From Candidatus Undinarchaeota archaeon (GTDB taxonomy: Archaea > SpSt-1190 > JASMDC01), in the NCBI GenBank assembly GCA_964519305.1, contig CAZFHY010000004.1, forward strand, positions 96,001-160,000: a DNA stretch of 64,000 nt, read 5' to 3'. This document shows positions 29,876-39,215 of the stretch, in pieces; position 1 is the stretch's first letter, and the number at the start of each line of letters is the position of its first letter. Both the position numbers and the translations under genes were made by a program. The notes under the pieces were generated by a model, which did not search any database, was not told the DNA's origin, and saw nothing but the letters and a program-made list of their open reading frames with translations.

Positions 29876-30095
29876 ATGATGATCGCTGCGTTCAGGTCGC
29901 GGTCTATCGTTAGCTCGCTGTTCCAGCAGCTACGTACTCGAGCCGATAATCCTTCTTAACTAGCATGCCGCACCGGCTGCATATCTGAGTGGTGTTCTTC
30001 GAATCAACCAGTACTACCTTCCCACCAGCCTCTTCCGCTTTGTAGGTCGTGTACTGGAGGAGTTGGTTCCAGGAACAATAACAAGGGACTTTGCA
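29780..30095 (-). pseudogene. tnpB: IS200/IS605-family tnpB 3-prime remnant with right end
   Basis: Frameshifted SWNQLLQYTTYKAEEAG..NTTQICSRCG..DRDLNAA; terminal GAAGCCCCTC-TACTACGC-GAGGGGTAGTTCAC. Confidence 0.88.
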
Positions 30096-30321
30096 TTGGC
30101 CGGACCTAAGTCTGCAGGATGTGATTGCTGGTTTTAGTACAATAATCGTCCTTGGTTATGACCCCCAATAGATAATTGGCCGTTCATCATTATTTATCAG
30201 AGGGAGGTGGCGTACCGGTACTCGTCCGGCAAGTAACTTTCAGGTCCATCCCCACCCTCTCGAAAGGTGACTTCCCGCCGAAACAAAAAAGAGTTAAAGG
30301 GTGGCCCGTTCACGGGGGACC

Positions 30322-30681
30322 ATGGGAGATGAGGAGTCAGTGCAGGAGGGTGCATGGCCCGAGAGCGTGCCAGACCTCACCGAAGATAGCTTCGAATCGT
30401 TCATCACGAAGTATGACAAGGTCGTCGTCGACTGCTGGGCTGAGTGGTGCGGGCCCTGCAAGATGATGGGTCCCGTGATCGACAAGATGGCCGAGGACCA
30501 CAAGGGCAGCATCGCTTTCGCCAAGCTCAACGTGGACAAGAACAGCTCGGTGTCCACCAAGTACGCCATCATGGCGATCCCTGCGTTCCTGGTGTTCAAG
30601 AACGGCGAGTTCGTCAACAGCATCGTGGGGGCGCTCCCCCAGGCCTCGATGGAGGCTAAGCTGGACAAGCTGTTCGGGTGA
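30322..30681 (+). CDS. trxA: Thioredoxin
   Basis: WAEWCGPCK, KLNVD, AIP. Confidence 0.95.
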   Translation: MGDEESVQEGAWPESVPDLTEDSFESFITKYDKVVVDCWAEWCGPCKMMGPVIDKMAEDHKGSIAFAKLNVDKNSSVSTKYAIMAIPAFLVFKNGEFVNSIVGALPQASMEAKLDKLFG

Positions 30682-30869
30682 TCCCTTTGTCCGTCTCGGT
30701 CGATAAGGACGTCTGTATAGGCTGTGGCCTCTGCACCAGTGTGTGCGAAGAGGTCTTCGAGCTAGGCGACGACGGGAAGTCCCAGGTCATCGATGGGGCC
30801 GACACGTCACTATCATGTGTCGAGGACGCTGCGGACCAGTGTCCAGCTTCCGCTATTACCGTTGAATAG
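30678..30869 (+). CDS. Monocluster ferredoxin
   Basis: CIGCGLC...CPASAI; overlaps the trxA stop. Confidence 0.92.
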   Translation: MIPLSVSVDKDVCIGCGLCTSVCEEVFELGDDGKSQVIDGADTSLSCVEDAADQCPASAITVE

Positions 30870-30890
30870 CGGTCTGGCACACCCGCGAGC

Positions 30891-32702
30891 CTAGATGTCG
30901 TAGCTGACGTCCCGCTCCTGGATGGCCACGTCCACGGTGTCACCGTAGTTAGCGGCCAGCCGCTCGTGGAACGCCTCGAGCTGGTCAGGATCACCGTGCA
31001 CGAGGTGGACGTTGGGTGTCTGCCCGTACTCCTTCGAAACGAAGTCCGCATACGTGTCCACGCGCTCGTCCAGGTCGGACATGTCCGCATGCCCGCTGTA
31101 CAGGCCGTTGAGGGCCGCGGTCTCACTGTGCACGGGGTAGGTGCCCCTGATGTACTGCATGTCCTGGTTAGGCCCATCGCCCACGGGCTTGTTGAACCTG
31201 AGCGAGACAGTGTCCTCCCCGTCGAGGAGGGAGCGTCCGGGGGTTCCGTCGCCCTGGTAGCCGACCGTTATGACGGTGGCCGACGGGTCCATGAGCACCC
31301 GTGACGCATAGAAGGGGGACTTCCCTCCCGTGATCATGCCCGATGCCGCCAGGACGATCTTCACATCGTCCCTGGGCGGACCGTTCCTGTCGTCGATGTC
31401 GCGCGCCAGGTAGATATTGGGTGAGTCGAAGATATGCTTCATACCGAAGCGCTTGAGGTCCGCGTTCGTCTTGTCACTGTACTCCTCGCGGTGCTTGCTG
31501 TAGATCTCGGTGGCAGCCTCTCCCAGGGACGAGTCGATGACGAGCGATACATCCTTGGGGATCTGGCCTTCCTTCTGAAGTCGGATGATGTCCCAAGCGA
31601 CCTCTTGGAGCCGGTCCACTGAGAACACCGGAATGAGAACGTGACCCTTCTCGGCACCCAGAGGGTAGTCACCGCGTCCCGAAAGAAGGTCCTTGCTGAC
31701 CTCCAACTGGTCATTGAGCGCATCGGGACCGTATTCTTTTATGATCGCCCGTCGCTCCCGACCTCCGCGAGCATGGCGGAGCTTCTCCTCCATCTCGGCG
31801 AGGCGGGCCTCGACGTGCTTCTGATGCCCTTTTAGGACGCTCCTGCGTCCGCTGGTGTCCTGGGCATTCTGGTAAGCGGAGTTGAGGACGTCTGCGAGCT
31901 TGGACGTGTCCGACTTGTCCTGGTGCTCGCGGGCGCCGTATGTCGATTCGATGAGCATGATGTTCTCGGTGACATCCTTATGGATCCCGACATCCTCGGG
32001 CCGCAGGGGTTTGTACTCCGGGTCCTTGAGAATGGGATGTCCTCCCTTCCCCAGGTCGCCGGTGACGTACATGTAGGTGAGCTTCTCGCCCTCCTCGATG
32101 AACAGCTGGACCGATGATGAACCGCCGATATGGCCGGCGTTCTGGAACACGGCGGTGACGCGGTTGTCGCCCTTCTCAAGAGTGTAGACCTCCCCGCGGT
32201 CAATTGGATGGAACTGTCCGGCCAGGTCGTAGATGTCCTGCTCACCGTACATGGGCTCCTTGGTCCAGCCCTTCTGCTTGATGGGGCGTAGCTCGTTCAC
32301 CCGTTCACACTCTTGCTCCTGGATCCGGGCGGAATCGGCGTTGATCTCCTTGGCCAGTTCCAGGCTCGCAGGCGTGCCGACGACCTCGCCAGCGAAGCCT
32401 TCGTGAATGAGATAGCCCAACTTACCGCTGTGGTCGAAGTGAGCGTGGGTGAGCATCACGGCGTCCAGCTCCTGGTAGGGTACGCCGTTAGGTACGCGGT
32501 TGGTCTCGTTCCAGTGGCCGTCAGGGCCCTCTAGCTGGGATTCGAACCAGTTCTTGGTCGGATCGATCTTGTCGACACCCTTGCCTTGGAACATCCCCGC
32601 ATCGATGAGCAGTTCGATCTTGTCATCGCCCGTGCCCACCTCAAGGTAATGTTCGGACCCGGTTACGACGCCCGCAGCACCTTTAGAGGTCAGTTTCGCC
32701 AT
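30891..32702 (-). CDS. MBL-fold beta-CASP ribonuclease with insertions
   Basis: VTGS, THAHFDHSG, AGHI, TGD, IESTYG, SGMITGG, SGHAD, VHGD. Confidence 0.9.
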   Translation of the reverse strand: MAKLTSKGAAGVVTGSEHYLEVGTGDDKIELLIDAGMFQGKGVDKIDPTKNWFESQLEGPDGHWNETNRVPNGVPYQELDAVMLTHAHFDHSGKLGYLIHEGFAGEVVGTPASLELAKEINADSARIQEQECERVNELRPIKQKGWTKEPMYGEQDIYDLAGQFHPIDRGEVYTLEKGDNRVTAVFQNAGHIGGSSSVQLFIEEGEKLTYMYVTGDLGKGGHPILKDPEYKPLRPEDVGIHKDVTENIMLIESTYGAREHQDKSDTSKLADVLNSAYQNAQDTSGRRSVLKGHQKHVEARLAEMEEKLRHARGGRERRAIIKEYGPDALNDQLEVSKDLLSGRGDYPLGAEKGHVLIPVFSVDRLQEVAWDIIRLQKEGQIPKDVSLVIDSSLGEAATEIYSKHREEYSDKTNADLKRFGMKHIFDSPNIYLARDIDDRNGPPRDDVKIVLAASGMITGGKSPFYASRVLMDPSATVITVGYQGDGTPGRSLLDGEDTVSLRFNKPVGDGPNQDMQYIRGTYPVHSETAALNGLYSGHADMSDLDERVDTYADFVSKEYGQTPNVHLVHGDPDQLEAFHERLAANYGDTVDVAIQERDVSYDI

Positions 32703-32776
32703 GGTAGACCCATCCGTTCCGTCCGCACGAAAAAATGCACCCTAGCCGCCTTATATACGTTACCTTTTTCAGGTAG

Positions 32777-32791
32777 TGACAATTATTGTCA
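32777..32791. promoter_or_regulatory. Palindromic putative operator in divergent promoter region
   Basis: TGACAAT-T-ATTGTCA; adjacent TACCT-N5-AGGTA at 32761-32775. Confidence 0.45.
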
Positions 32792-32925
32792 TCGAGTGAT
32801 CATATGCGAGAGTGCCCTCCAAGTCCGGGTAAAGTGTCGATGAATGCGAGCCCTTGAGAGCTCCGGGCGGATGGCCGAGGATAACATTTATTAACGACCT
32901 TACCTGCAGGGGAGTACATCAGGCT

Positions 32926-33696
32926 ATGCCTGAAGGGGTAGTGGGTACAACGGACGTGAGCTATTCTCTCAACGGGCCGGAGCATGATGAACAGGACAAG
33001 AGCTCGGCCTATATCGATTGGGACCTCGACCGTGCCATCCATAAGGAGTCGTGGTGGGAGGACGACCAGGCCGAGATCAACGAGGCCCTCGCCGCCCCCT
33101 ACGGTGTCGGTCACAACGACCGGTACATCTGCATCGATGATGCATACAAGGTCAACATCGGCCGTGAGAAGTACCTGCGTATCGCCCTCGTTGAGTTCGA
33201 GAAAGGCGAGGACATGACCCCCTACCTCCAGGGCGACCGCGATGCATTCCGAGAGAAGATGAAGGAAGGCAAGTTCCGACAGATCGACATCGTCATGGAC
33301 TCCTGGAAGCCCTACGAGGACGATTTCGTCGCCGACGTCACCAACAAGGCCATCGCAGAGATGGCTCACGGTGAGGCCGTGGACATCTACGCGTGCAATT
33401 TCTTCAAGCCCTACATCGGCGGGCAGCACGACGACATCGTGTTCGCTTCGGGCCACAGGCGTAACCAGTACAGGCGGTACGTCAAGACCGCCGACGTGGC
33501 CACGAAGTGGATGGACGACGGCGAGCCCTCGCTCGCCGAGTTCGTTAAGGAGGTGGACAGGTTCTGGAAGGACAATCCCGGCGTCAGGGGCCATGAGACC
33601 TTCGACCTCAACGGGCGCACCGTCCATGTCTCTGATGAGGTGCGCAAGCACTACCACTCCCTCAACGAGGAGCCGGCCCACGCCCGTGCGGCCTAG
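32926..33696 (+). CDS. Hypothetical protein, diverged RNase H-like (paralogue A)
   Basis: YICIDDAY, VDIYACNFF, FASGHRRN..VKTADVA; own TTTATTAA box. Confidence 0.75.
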   Translation: MPEGVVGTTDVSYSLNGPEHDEQDKSSAYIDWDLDRAIHKESWWEDDQAEINEALAAPYGVGHNDRYICIDDAYKVNIGREKYLRIALVEFEKGEDMTPYLQGDRDAFREKMKEGKFRQIDIVMDSWKPYEDDFVADVTNKAIAEMAHGEAVDIYACNFFKPYIGGQHDDIVFASGHRRNQYRRYVKTADVATKWMDDGEPSLAEFVKEVDRFWKDNPGVRGHETFDLNGRTVHVSDEVRKHYHSLNEEPAHARAA

Positions 33697-33790
33697 GTGG
33701 ACCAATGGTCACCAAAAACAACACTTAATAGGCAGCGCCCTCACGATTCGCCACATCCGGGACATCCCGGAGCGGACGGGTTAACCATAG

Positions 33791-34534
33791 ATGACCTACA
33801 TCCTAGATGAGGCCGATAGCGCCACGATGGAGACGGGAACAGCTTACCTAGAGCCCGTGCTCCCCCAGGTCCTCGGCCCAGGGCATCCCGACGAGACCGA
33901 CCCTGCCTGGATCGAGCGTCTCATCAAGCAGCCCTATAACGAGGGCCGGCGCGACCGGTACATCTGTATCGATGATGCCTACAAGGTGAAGATGGGCGAT
34001 GAGTGGTTCGTCCGTGTGGCCGTCGCATCGTTCGAGAAGGGTGAGGACATCAGACCTTACCTGTATGGGGACCAGGATGCGTTCAAGCGGAAGATGGAGG
34101 ACGGTTCTCTCCGTCAGATCGACATGATCATAGACTCGTGGGAACCCACTGAGGACTACTTCGTCGGCACCATGACACAGCGGGCCATCGAGGAACTGGC
34201 AGACGGTGAACGAGTGGATGTCTACGCCTGTAACTTCTTCCGCGACTACCTCGAGACCGGTCACCCTAACTATACGTTCGCCTCGGGTCACCGACGGAAC
34301 CGCCACCAGCGGTTCGTGAAGCTCGCCGATGCTGCAAGTAAGTGGATGGACAAGGACGAACCCGTGATCGTGGACTACGTGAACGCCGTAAGGGACCACT
34401 GGGAGGAGAATCCCCAGCTCAAGGGCGAGGAGTCGTTCACGTTCGGGAAGCGCGAGGTGCTGGTCTCTCCCGAGGTCCAGAAGCGGTACGACGGTCCTTT
34501 CCACAAGCTACGTTCTCTGTCCAAGGCAGCGTGA
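33791..34534 (+). CDS. Hypothetical protein, diverged RNase H-like (paralogue B)
   Basis: Identical DRYICIDDAYKV, YACNFF and FASGHRRN blocks shared with paralogue A. Confidence 0.78.
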   Translation: MTYILDEADSATMETGTAYLEPVLPQVLGPGHPDETDPAWIERLIKQPYNEGRRDRYICIDDAYKVKMGDEWFVRVAVASFEKGEDIRPYLYGDQDAFKRKMEDGSLRQIDMIIDSWEPTEDYFVGTMTQRAIEELADGERVDVYACNFFRDYLETGHPNYTFASGHRRNRHQRFVKLADAASKWMDKDEPVIVDYVNAVRDHWEENPQLKGEESFTFGKREVLVSPEVQKRYDGPFHKLRSLSKAA

Positions 34535-34661
34535 ACGCTGTACGGAGGCCTTGTCGAATAACATCTGATATTTGTTAGGAGCCCGGAATAGGTCTTCACA
34601 GGCTCTATTCTTACCATACTCATTAGTAAGACTTAAATACCGAACGGTATCCGGAGCCCCC

Positions 34662-35117
34662 ATGATGATCGAAAACTCGTATGAAAACCAGGACAATGAG
34701 GCGGTCGCCCACCTAATGTACGTCCAGGAGGTGGAGAGGCCTGGTGTCGATGATCAGTCCCTCTATCAACGTCCGGAGCGCTCTGGTAACTTCCCCATCG
34801 ACCTGGTCCTCATAGCACAGACCGTTGGCCAGCACCACCCGGAGCCCTTCGGCACCTATCGTGTAGAGCCCTACGAGCGGATCACGGATAGCGAGCACGG
34901 TAGTGTTGTCGAGCGAGGCGTGGCGCTGGAGTACGTCGGTTGTGAGGACGGTCTTATCGAGCTGGTCACCGAGATCGCCGCCGCAGGGTACGGCCTTCCA
35001 GAGGTCAAGGAGGCCTTTGCCGATCCGCTGCGGCCCGAGGGGTCCAGGCGTGGATACCAAGCCGTGCTGGAGACCGCGCTCTCAATCTCAAAGGACAAGA
35101 ACAATCCTTCCCGCTGA
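34662..35117 (+). CDS. Acidic hypothetical protein
   Basis: ATG about 30 nt after a CTTAAATA box; no recognisable motif. Confidence 0.6.
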   Translation: MMIENSYENQDNEAVAHLMYVQEVERPGVDDQSLYQRPERSGNFPIDLVLIAQTVGQHHPEPFGTYRVEPYERITDSEHGSVVERGVALEYVGCEDGLIELVTEIAAAGYGLPEVKEAFADPLRPEGSRRGYQAVLETALSISKDKNNPSR

Positions 35118-35123
35118 GCGACA

Positions 35124-36458
35124 CTAAGGAGTCCGGACCTTCCAGATGCGCTTGCCCTTGTGAGCATCTTGGAGGTATGCCAGATAGGACGCGCACATCG
35201 CACGTCGCTCGGGGTGTAGCAGGTCGCGTACCGGGCACTGGTCCATGAGACCTAGGTCGATGACCGTCGGATCACAGAACGCCCCGAATGACAGGAGCAC
35301 CAGGTCACTGTCCAGGGATGTCTGCCGACCTACGAGGGCAGCGAGCACGCGCTGGAGGGCCGAGGCGCCGAGCCCCATGGCCTCGCGGCCGGTAAGGTGA
35401 GGCGCAGCCGCTGCCGACAGCCTGGCGGTCGCCAGGGCCGGGTAGGTGCTCCAGAGGTGCGCTGTCCGCTCCACGGCACTTGCGAGAGCGTCCACGTCCG
35501 CCACATCGTGCACAGGCACCAGTTCCTCCCCGTGACGCACCAGGGGATAGATAAGGTCTGCCGGGCACCAGCGCTGACCAGCTAGGCGAAGGAAGGCCGC
35601 TAGTACCTTCTGGAAGGCGACCACTCTTGCCATGGTCACCGCACCATCGGTAGATCCGGTGGCCAGAGCAATCAGCTCGTCTGGGCGCAAAGGCTGTACC
35701 CGTCGTTCCTTCGGTCCAGGTCGGAATGCGTATGACCGGAAGGAGATCCCCCGCACGCAAGGACTCCGTGAGGCAAGCTCCATGAGCATGCCGAAGGGAC
35801 GTTCGTTCACGCCCGACACCACAACTGACTCGATGAAGGCAGTGGCTCCCAGAGTGTCCAGATTGTCGAGTGCCGTGAGCTTGGCGTCCAGTACATCGGA
35901 TCCCCGCAGGCGGGCCAGGACGGCCGGATCAAGGGTGTCGAGCTCTAGTCGCACCTCGCGGACGCCGGCGTTCACAAGCGCCCGTGCATAGGCGGGATCG
36001 ACAAGCCTTAGGCCATTGGTGAACACGACGGGTTCGCCCCCGGCATCGCGTATAGCGGACACTATCTCGAACAGGTCCGCACGCTCAGTGGGTTCGCCAC
36101 CGAACACGCTCACACGGGGCGCATGCAGCCCCTCAAGTGCTGAGCGCACCTCGAAGACCGAGGGCTCATGGTAGCCGTCCAGACACTGGTTGGTAAAACA
36201 GGTGGGGCATTGCTCTTGGCACCGGGGAGTCACATAGAGAGAGTAGCTCTCCCCGCCGCCACGGCCCAGCCCGAGACGCTCTCGCAGAGGCAGCAGCTCG
36301 CGAAGTGCCATGCCTTCCCGGGCGAGGAGCACCTCTACGGGCCCATGGTCCTCGCATTCCTTTTCCATTACTACGATATCTCCCCGGTCGACTATGCGGG
36401 CCTCGACCTCCCGCAGGCAGGTCGGGCATACGCTCCGGGTGAGGCGAAGTAGTTCCAT
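35124..36458 (-). CDS. Radical SAM enzyme, tetraether lipid synthase (Tes)-like architecture
   Basis: TRSVCPTC..KECEDHG N-terminal metal site, CQEQCPTC, GGEPT, TNG; C-terminal FCD..D..C..C. Confidence 0.85.
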   Translation of the reverse strand: MELLRLTRSVCPTCLREVEARIVDRGDIVVMEKECEDHGPVEVLLAREGMALRELLPLRERLGLGRGGGESYSLYVTPRCQEQCPTCFTNQCLDGYHEPSVFEVRSALEGLHAPRVSVFGGEPTERADLFEIVSAIRDAGGEPVVFTNGLRLVDPAYARALVNAGVREVRLELDTLDPAVLARLRGSDVLDAKLTALDNLDTLGATAFIESVVVSGVNERPFGMLMELASRSPCVRGISFRSYAFRPGPKERRVQPLRPDELIALATGSTDGAVTMARVVAFQKVLAAFLRLAGQRWCPADLIYPLVRHGEELVPVHDVADVDALASAVERTAHLWSTYPALATARLSAAAAPHLTGREAMGLGASALQRVLAALVGRQTSLDSDLVLLSFGAFCDPTVIDLGLMDQCPVRDLLHPERRAMCASYLAYLQDAHKGKRIWKVRTP

Positions 36459-36490
36459 GAAGGCCCCTGAACAAGGATGGGCTCGACCCA

Positions 36491-36503
36491 TTTTTAAATC
36501 TTC
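36491..36503. promoter_or_regulatory. TATA box between divergent rSAM and carbamoyltransferase genes
   Basis: TTTTTAAATCTTC about 30 nt from both start codons; exact copy at 39149-39161. Confidence 0.6.
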
Positions 36504-36521
36504 GCGCACCTCTCCCGGTCC

Positions 36522-38192
36522 ATGCGTGTGCTGGGCCTCCAGGACATCAGCCACGACAGCTCTGCCTGCCTGGTCGAGGATGGGCGTGTGACCGCTGCGG
36601 TCGAGGAAGAGCGGTTCACACGTGTCAAGCACGCTGACGGCTTCTACTATGGTGGAGATCCCCCTGCCCACGCCATAGAGTGGTGCCTGCGTTCGCGTGG
36701 GCTGGACCTGGACGACGTCGACGCGGTGGCCCTCGGATTCGATATCGGGCTGGCAGGCTGGTACCGGATGACCTACGACGTGTTCCGGTACGTCAATGCC
36801 ATCGAGCCCATCGCCACAAAGGCCAGGGATCCTGACCGCCAGGACACCAGCAGCTATGTGGAGGGGCTCGTGGCCGGTTATCCCAGGCGGGTGCGCTGGC
36901 TGCGCGCTATCGCCAAGCGGGTCGGCCGCATCGTACATGTGCCACACCACACGGCGCACGCCGCGTCCGCCTACTACGCGTCAGGGTTCGATCACGCTGC
37001 GGTCCTCGTTATGGACGGCGCCGGTGAGCGCGAGTCGACATCCCTGTTCGTTGGTAGGGGTCGCGAGCTCGAGCTGATGGAGCGTCTGCCCATCAGCGGC
37101 TCTCTAGGCCTACTCTACGATCAGGTGACCCAGATACTGGGGATGGGCCAGTTCGGCGAGGGGAAGACCATGGGTCTTGCCCCGTACGGACGGTACGACA
37201 ACGTCCTTGGCCCCATGACAGACTATCGGCGCGGCCGCATGGTCATCAACAATGACCGGATCCGGGCCGCTCGCCGACTGACGCGGCACGATGGCAAGCT
37301 CACCGATGAGCACAAGAACCTGGCCGCCACGCTCCAGACCGACCTCGAGCAGGCCGCCCTCGCTCTCGCCGATCACATCTACGACCGAACCGGACTCAGA
37401 CGTCTCTGCCTTGCCGGGGGAGTGACGCTCAACTGCTCTATGAACGGTAGACTGCTGGGCAGCGAGCACGTGCGCGAGGTGTTCATCCAGCCCGCGGCCA
37501 ACGATGCCGGCTGCTCCGTAGGAGCGGCGCTCGTTGTGGCCGCAGAGGATGGAGAGCCCGCGTGGACCATGGCCCATCCTTACCTGGGTCCAGGCATAGA
37601 CGGTGAGGAGGCTGAGCGCGTGCTGCAGGAGGAGGGGTTCGATGTCGAGCGTGTGGACGATCCCGCTACCGTGGCCGCAGAACTGCTCGCCGATGGCAAG
37701 GTCGTCGGCTGGGTCCAAGGCGCTCTTGAGTTCGGGCCCCGGGCACTGGGCAACCGGTCCGTGCTCGCTGATCCCCGTAACAGGGCGATGCACACCCGTG
37801 TGAACGAGGTCAAGCGACGGGAGCAGTGGCGTCCGCTAGCGCCCTCCATCCTGGTCGAAGAGACCGGTAAGTGGTTCGACCGCAACGACCCGTCACCATT
37901 CATGCTTCTCACCTATGGTGTGCGCGAGGAGCGGCGCGATGAGGTGCCCGCTATCGTCCACGTGGACGGTACCGCGCGGCTCCAGACCGTAGACCGAAAG
38001 ACCAATCCCCGATACCACGCGCTCATCTCCGCCTTTGCTAAGGAGACGGGAGTACCGCTCGTGCTCAACACGTCGTTCAACGACCGGGGTGAGCCCATCG
38101 TACGGACCCCAAGGGAGGCGGTGCGCACATTCCGCAGCTCGGGGATGGACGTGCTGGTCATGGACGACCTGGTCGTGCAACAGGCAGGGTGA
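36522..38192 (+). CDS. O-carbamoyltransferase (CmcH/NodU/TobZ family)
   Basis: HDSSA, EEERFTRVKH, HHTAHAAS, DGAGE, EGKTMGLAPYG, EFGPRALGNRS, HVDGTARLQ, LNTSFN. Confidence 0.95.
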   Translation: MRVLGLQDISHDSSACLVEDGRVTAAVEEERFTRVKHADGFYYGGDPPAHAIEWCLRSRGLDLDDVDAVALGFDIGLAGWYRMTYDVFRYVNAIEPIATKARDPDRQDTSSYVEGLVAGYPRRVRWLRAIAKRVGRIVHVPHHTAHAASAYYASGFDHAAVLVMDGAGERESTSLFVGRGRELELMERLPISGSLGLLYDQVTQILGMGQFGEGKTMGLAPYGRYDNVLGPMTDYRRGRMVINNDRIRAARRLTRHDGKLTDEHKNLAATLQTDLEQAALALADHIYDRTGLRRLCLAGGVTLNCSMNGRLLGSEHVREVFIQPAANDAGCSVGAALVVAAEDGEPAWTMAHPYLGPGIDGEEAERVLQEEGFDVERVDDPATVAAELLADGKVVGWVQGALEFGPRALGNRSVLADPRNRAMHTRVNEVKRREQWRPLAPSILVEETGKWFDRNDPSPFMLLTYGVREERRDEVPAIVHVDGTARLQTVDRKTNPRYHALISAFAKETGVPLVLNTSFNDRGEPIVRTPREAVRTFRSSGMDVLVMDDLVVQQAG

Positions 38193-38193
38193 G

Positions 38194-39126
38194 ATGGACT
38201 CCCGGACATTGAAGGCCGGCATCCCGGTGACCATATCCCTGATCCTGCTCGTCCATGTCCTCCGGGACGTGAACCCTCACGGTGTACTCCAGCGTTTGGG
38301 CGGGATTGGTCTGGCCCCAATCGTTGCAGTGCTGGCACTCCAAGTGGCCATCATCATCATCATCTCTCTGCGGTGGCGGCTCATTATCCAACATACCGGG
38401 TGCGAGCTTCCCCTAAGCGAGGCCATGATGGTGTATGTAGGCGTCGCCCCGGCCGAGATAGTGCTCCCCGCCAAGACCGCCGATCTCATCAAGGCGAACT
38501 ACCTGCATGTCCACCAGTGTCTTCCCTTTTCGAAGGGCGTGTCCACAATCCTCTTGGATAACCTGTTCGACCTGGCGGCACTGATTTGCATTCTCTCACT
38601 GGGCGTGGCGGTCTCAGGTGAGGTCGTGCCCGGGCAGGCTGTCTGGGTGCTCGCGGGGGTCGGCACGCTGGTGGCAGGCGTAGCGGCCGCTTCCCGTTTC
38701 GTGGATCACCCGGTGTTCGCCAGCTTTCAGGCCCTCGGTCCCAGACTTATCGCCACGCTGTTCGTCCTCGCCCTGAGCGTCTGGTTGCTGGTGGTGGCCA
38801 GTGTCACGCTCTACTTTTCCATGGCGGACATAGACGTCCCCCCCACGGCGGTGATGCTCTATCTTCCCCTGACGGTGGTACTGGCCGCCCTCCCCATCAC
38901 CGTTGGTGGTGTGGGGAGCATGGAGTGGACCATGCGTCTGTTCTACGGTCGATTCGGACCTGTCGAGGCGATCATCACTGCCGCTGTGGTCCAGCGCTTG
39001 GTGACCACGGCCTTCCCCATCGTGGTGGGTCTGCCCATCATTTCCCGAGTAATCTGGTCCGACGCCACCGATCCGAGCGGTGCTCGGGCACTGTCCGGCG
39101 CTTTTGACGAGGAGGAAGAGGAATGA
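38194..39126 (+). CDS. Lysylphosphatidylglycerol synthase TM-domain / flippase-like protein (copy 1)
   Basis: SLRW, LPAKTADLIK, LPITVGGVGSME; coupled TGA-G-ATG. Confidence 0.85.
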   Translation: MDSRTLKAGIPVTISLILLVHVLRDVNPHGVLQRLGGIGLAPIVAVLALQVAIIIIISLRWRLIIQHTGCELPLSEAMMVYVGVAPAEIVLPAKTADLIKANYLHVHQCLPFSKGVSTILLDNLFDLAALICILSLGVAVSGEVVPGQAVWVLAGVGTLVAGVAAASRFVDHPVFASFQALGPRLIATLFVLALSVWLLVVASVTLYFSMADIDVPPTAVMLYLPLTVVLAALPITVGGVGSMEWTMRLFYGRFGPVEAIITAAVVQRLVTTAFPIVVGLPIISRVIWSDATDPSGARALSGAFDEEEEE

Positions 39127-39215
39127 GAACGGCTATCCCGCTACCCTCTTTTTAAATCTTCACGGCCCATCCGCACCCATGCAAGCCTCGGGACCTGGCC
39201 CCGGGAGGGCGTGAG

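Noticed and set aside
36459-36959. N-terminal extension of the radical SAM ORF in the track (likewise the extensions on the AAA, herA, nurA, metG, aspS and por genes)
   Set aside because: The extensions run through promoters or neighbouring genes; family-like sequence begins at the downstream starts used here
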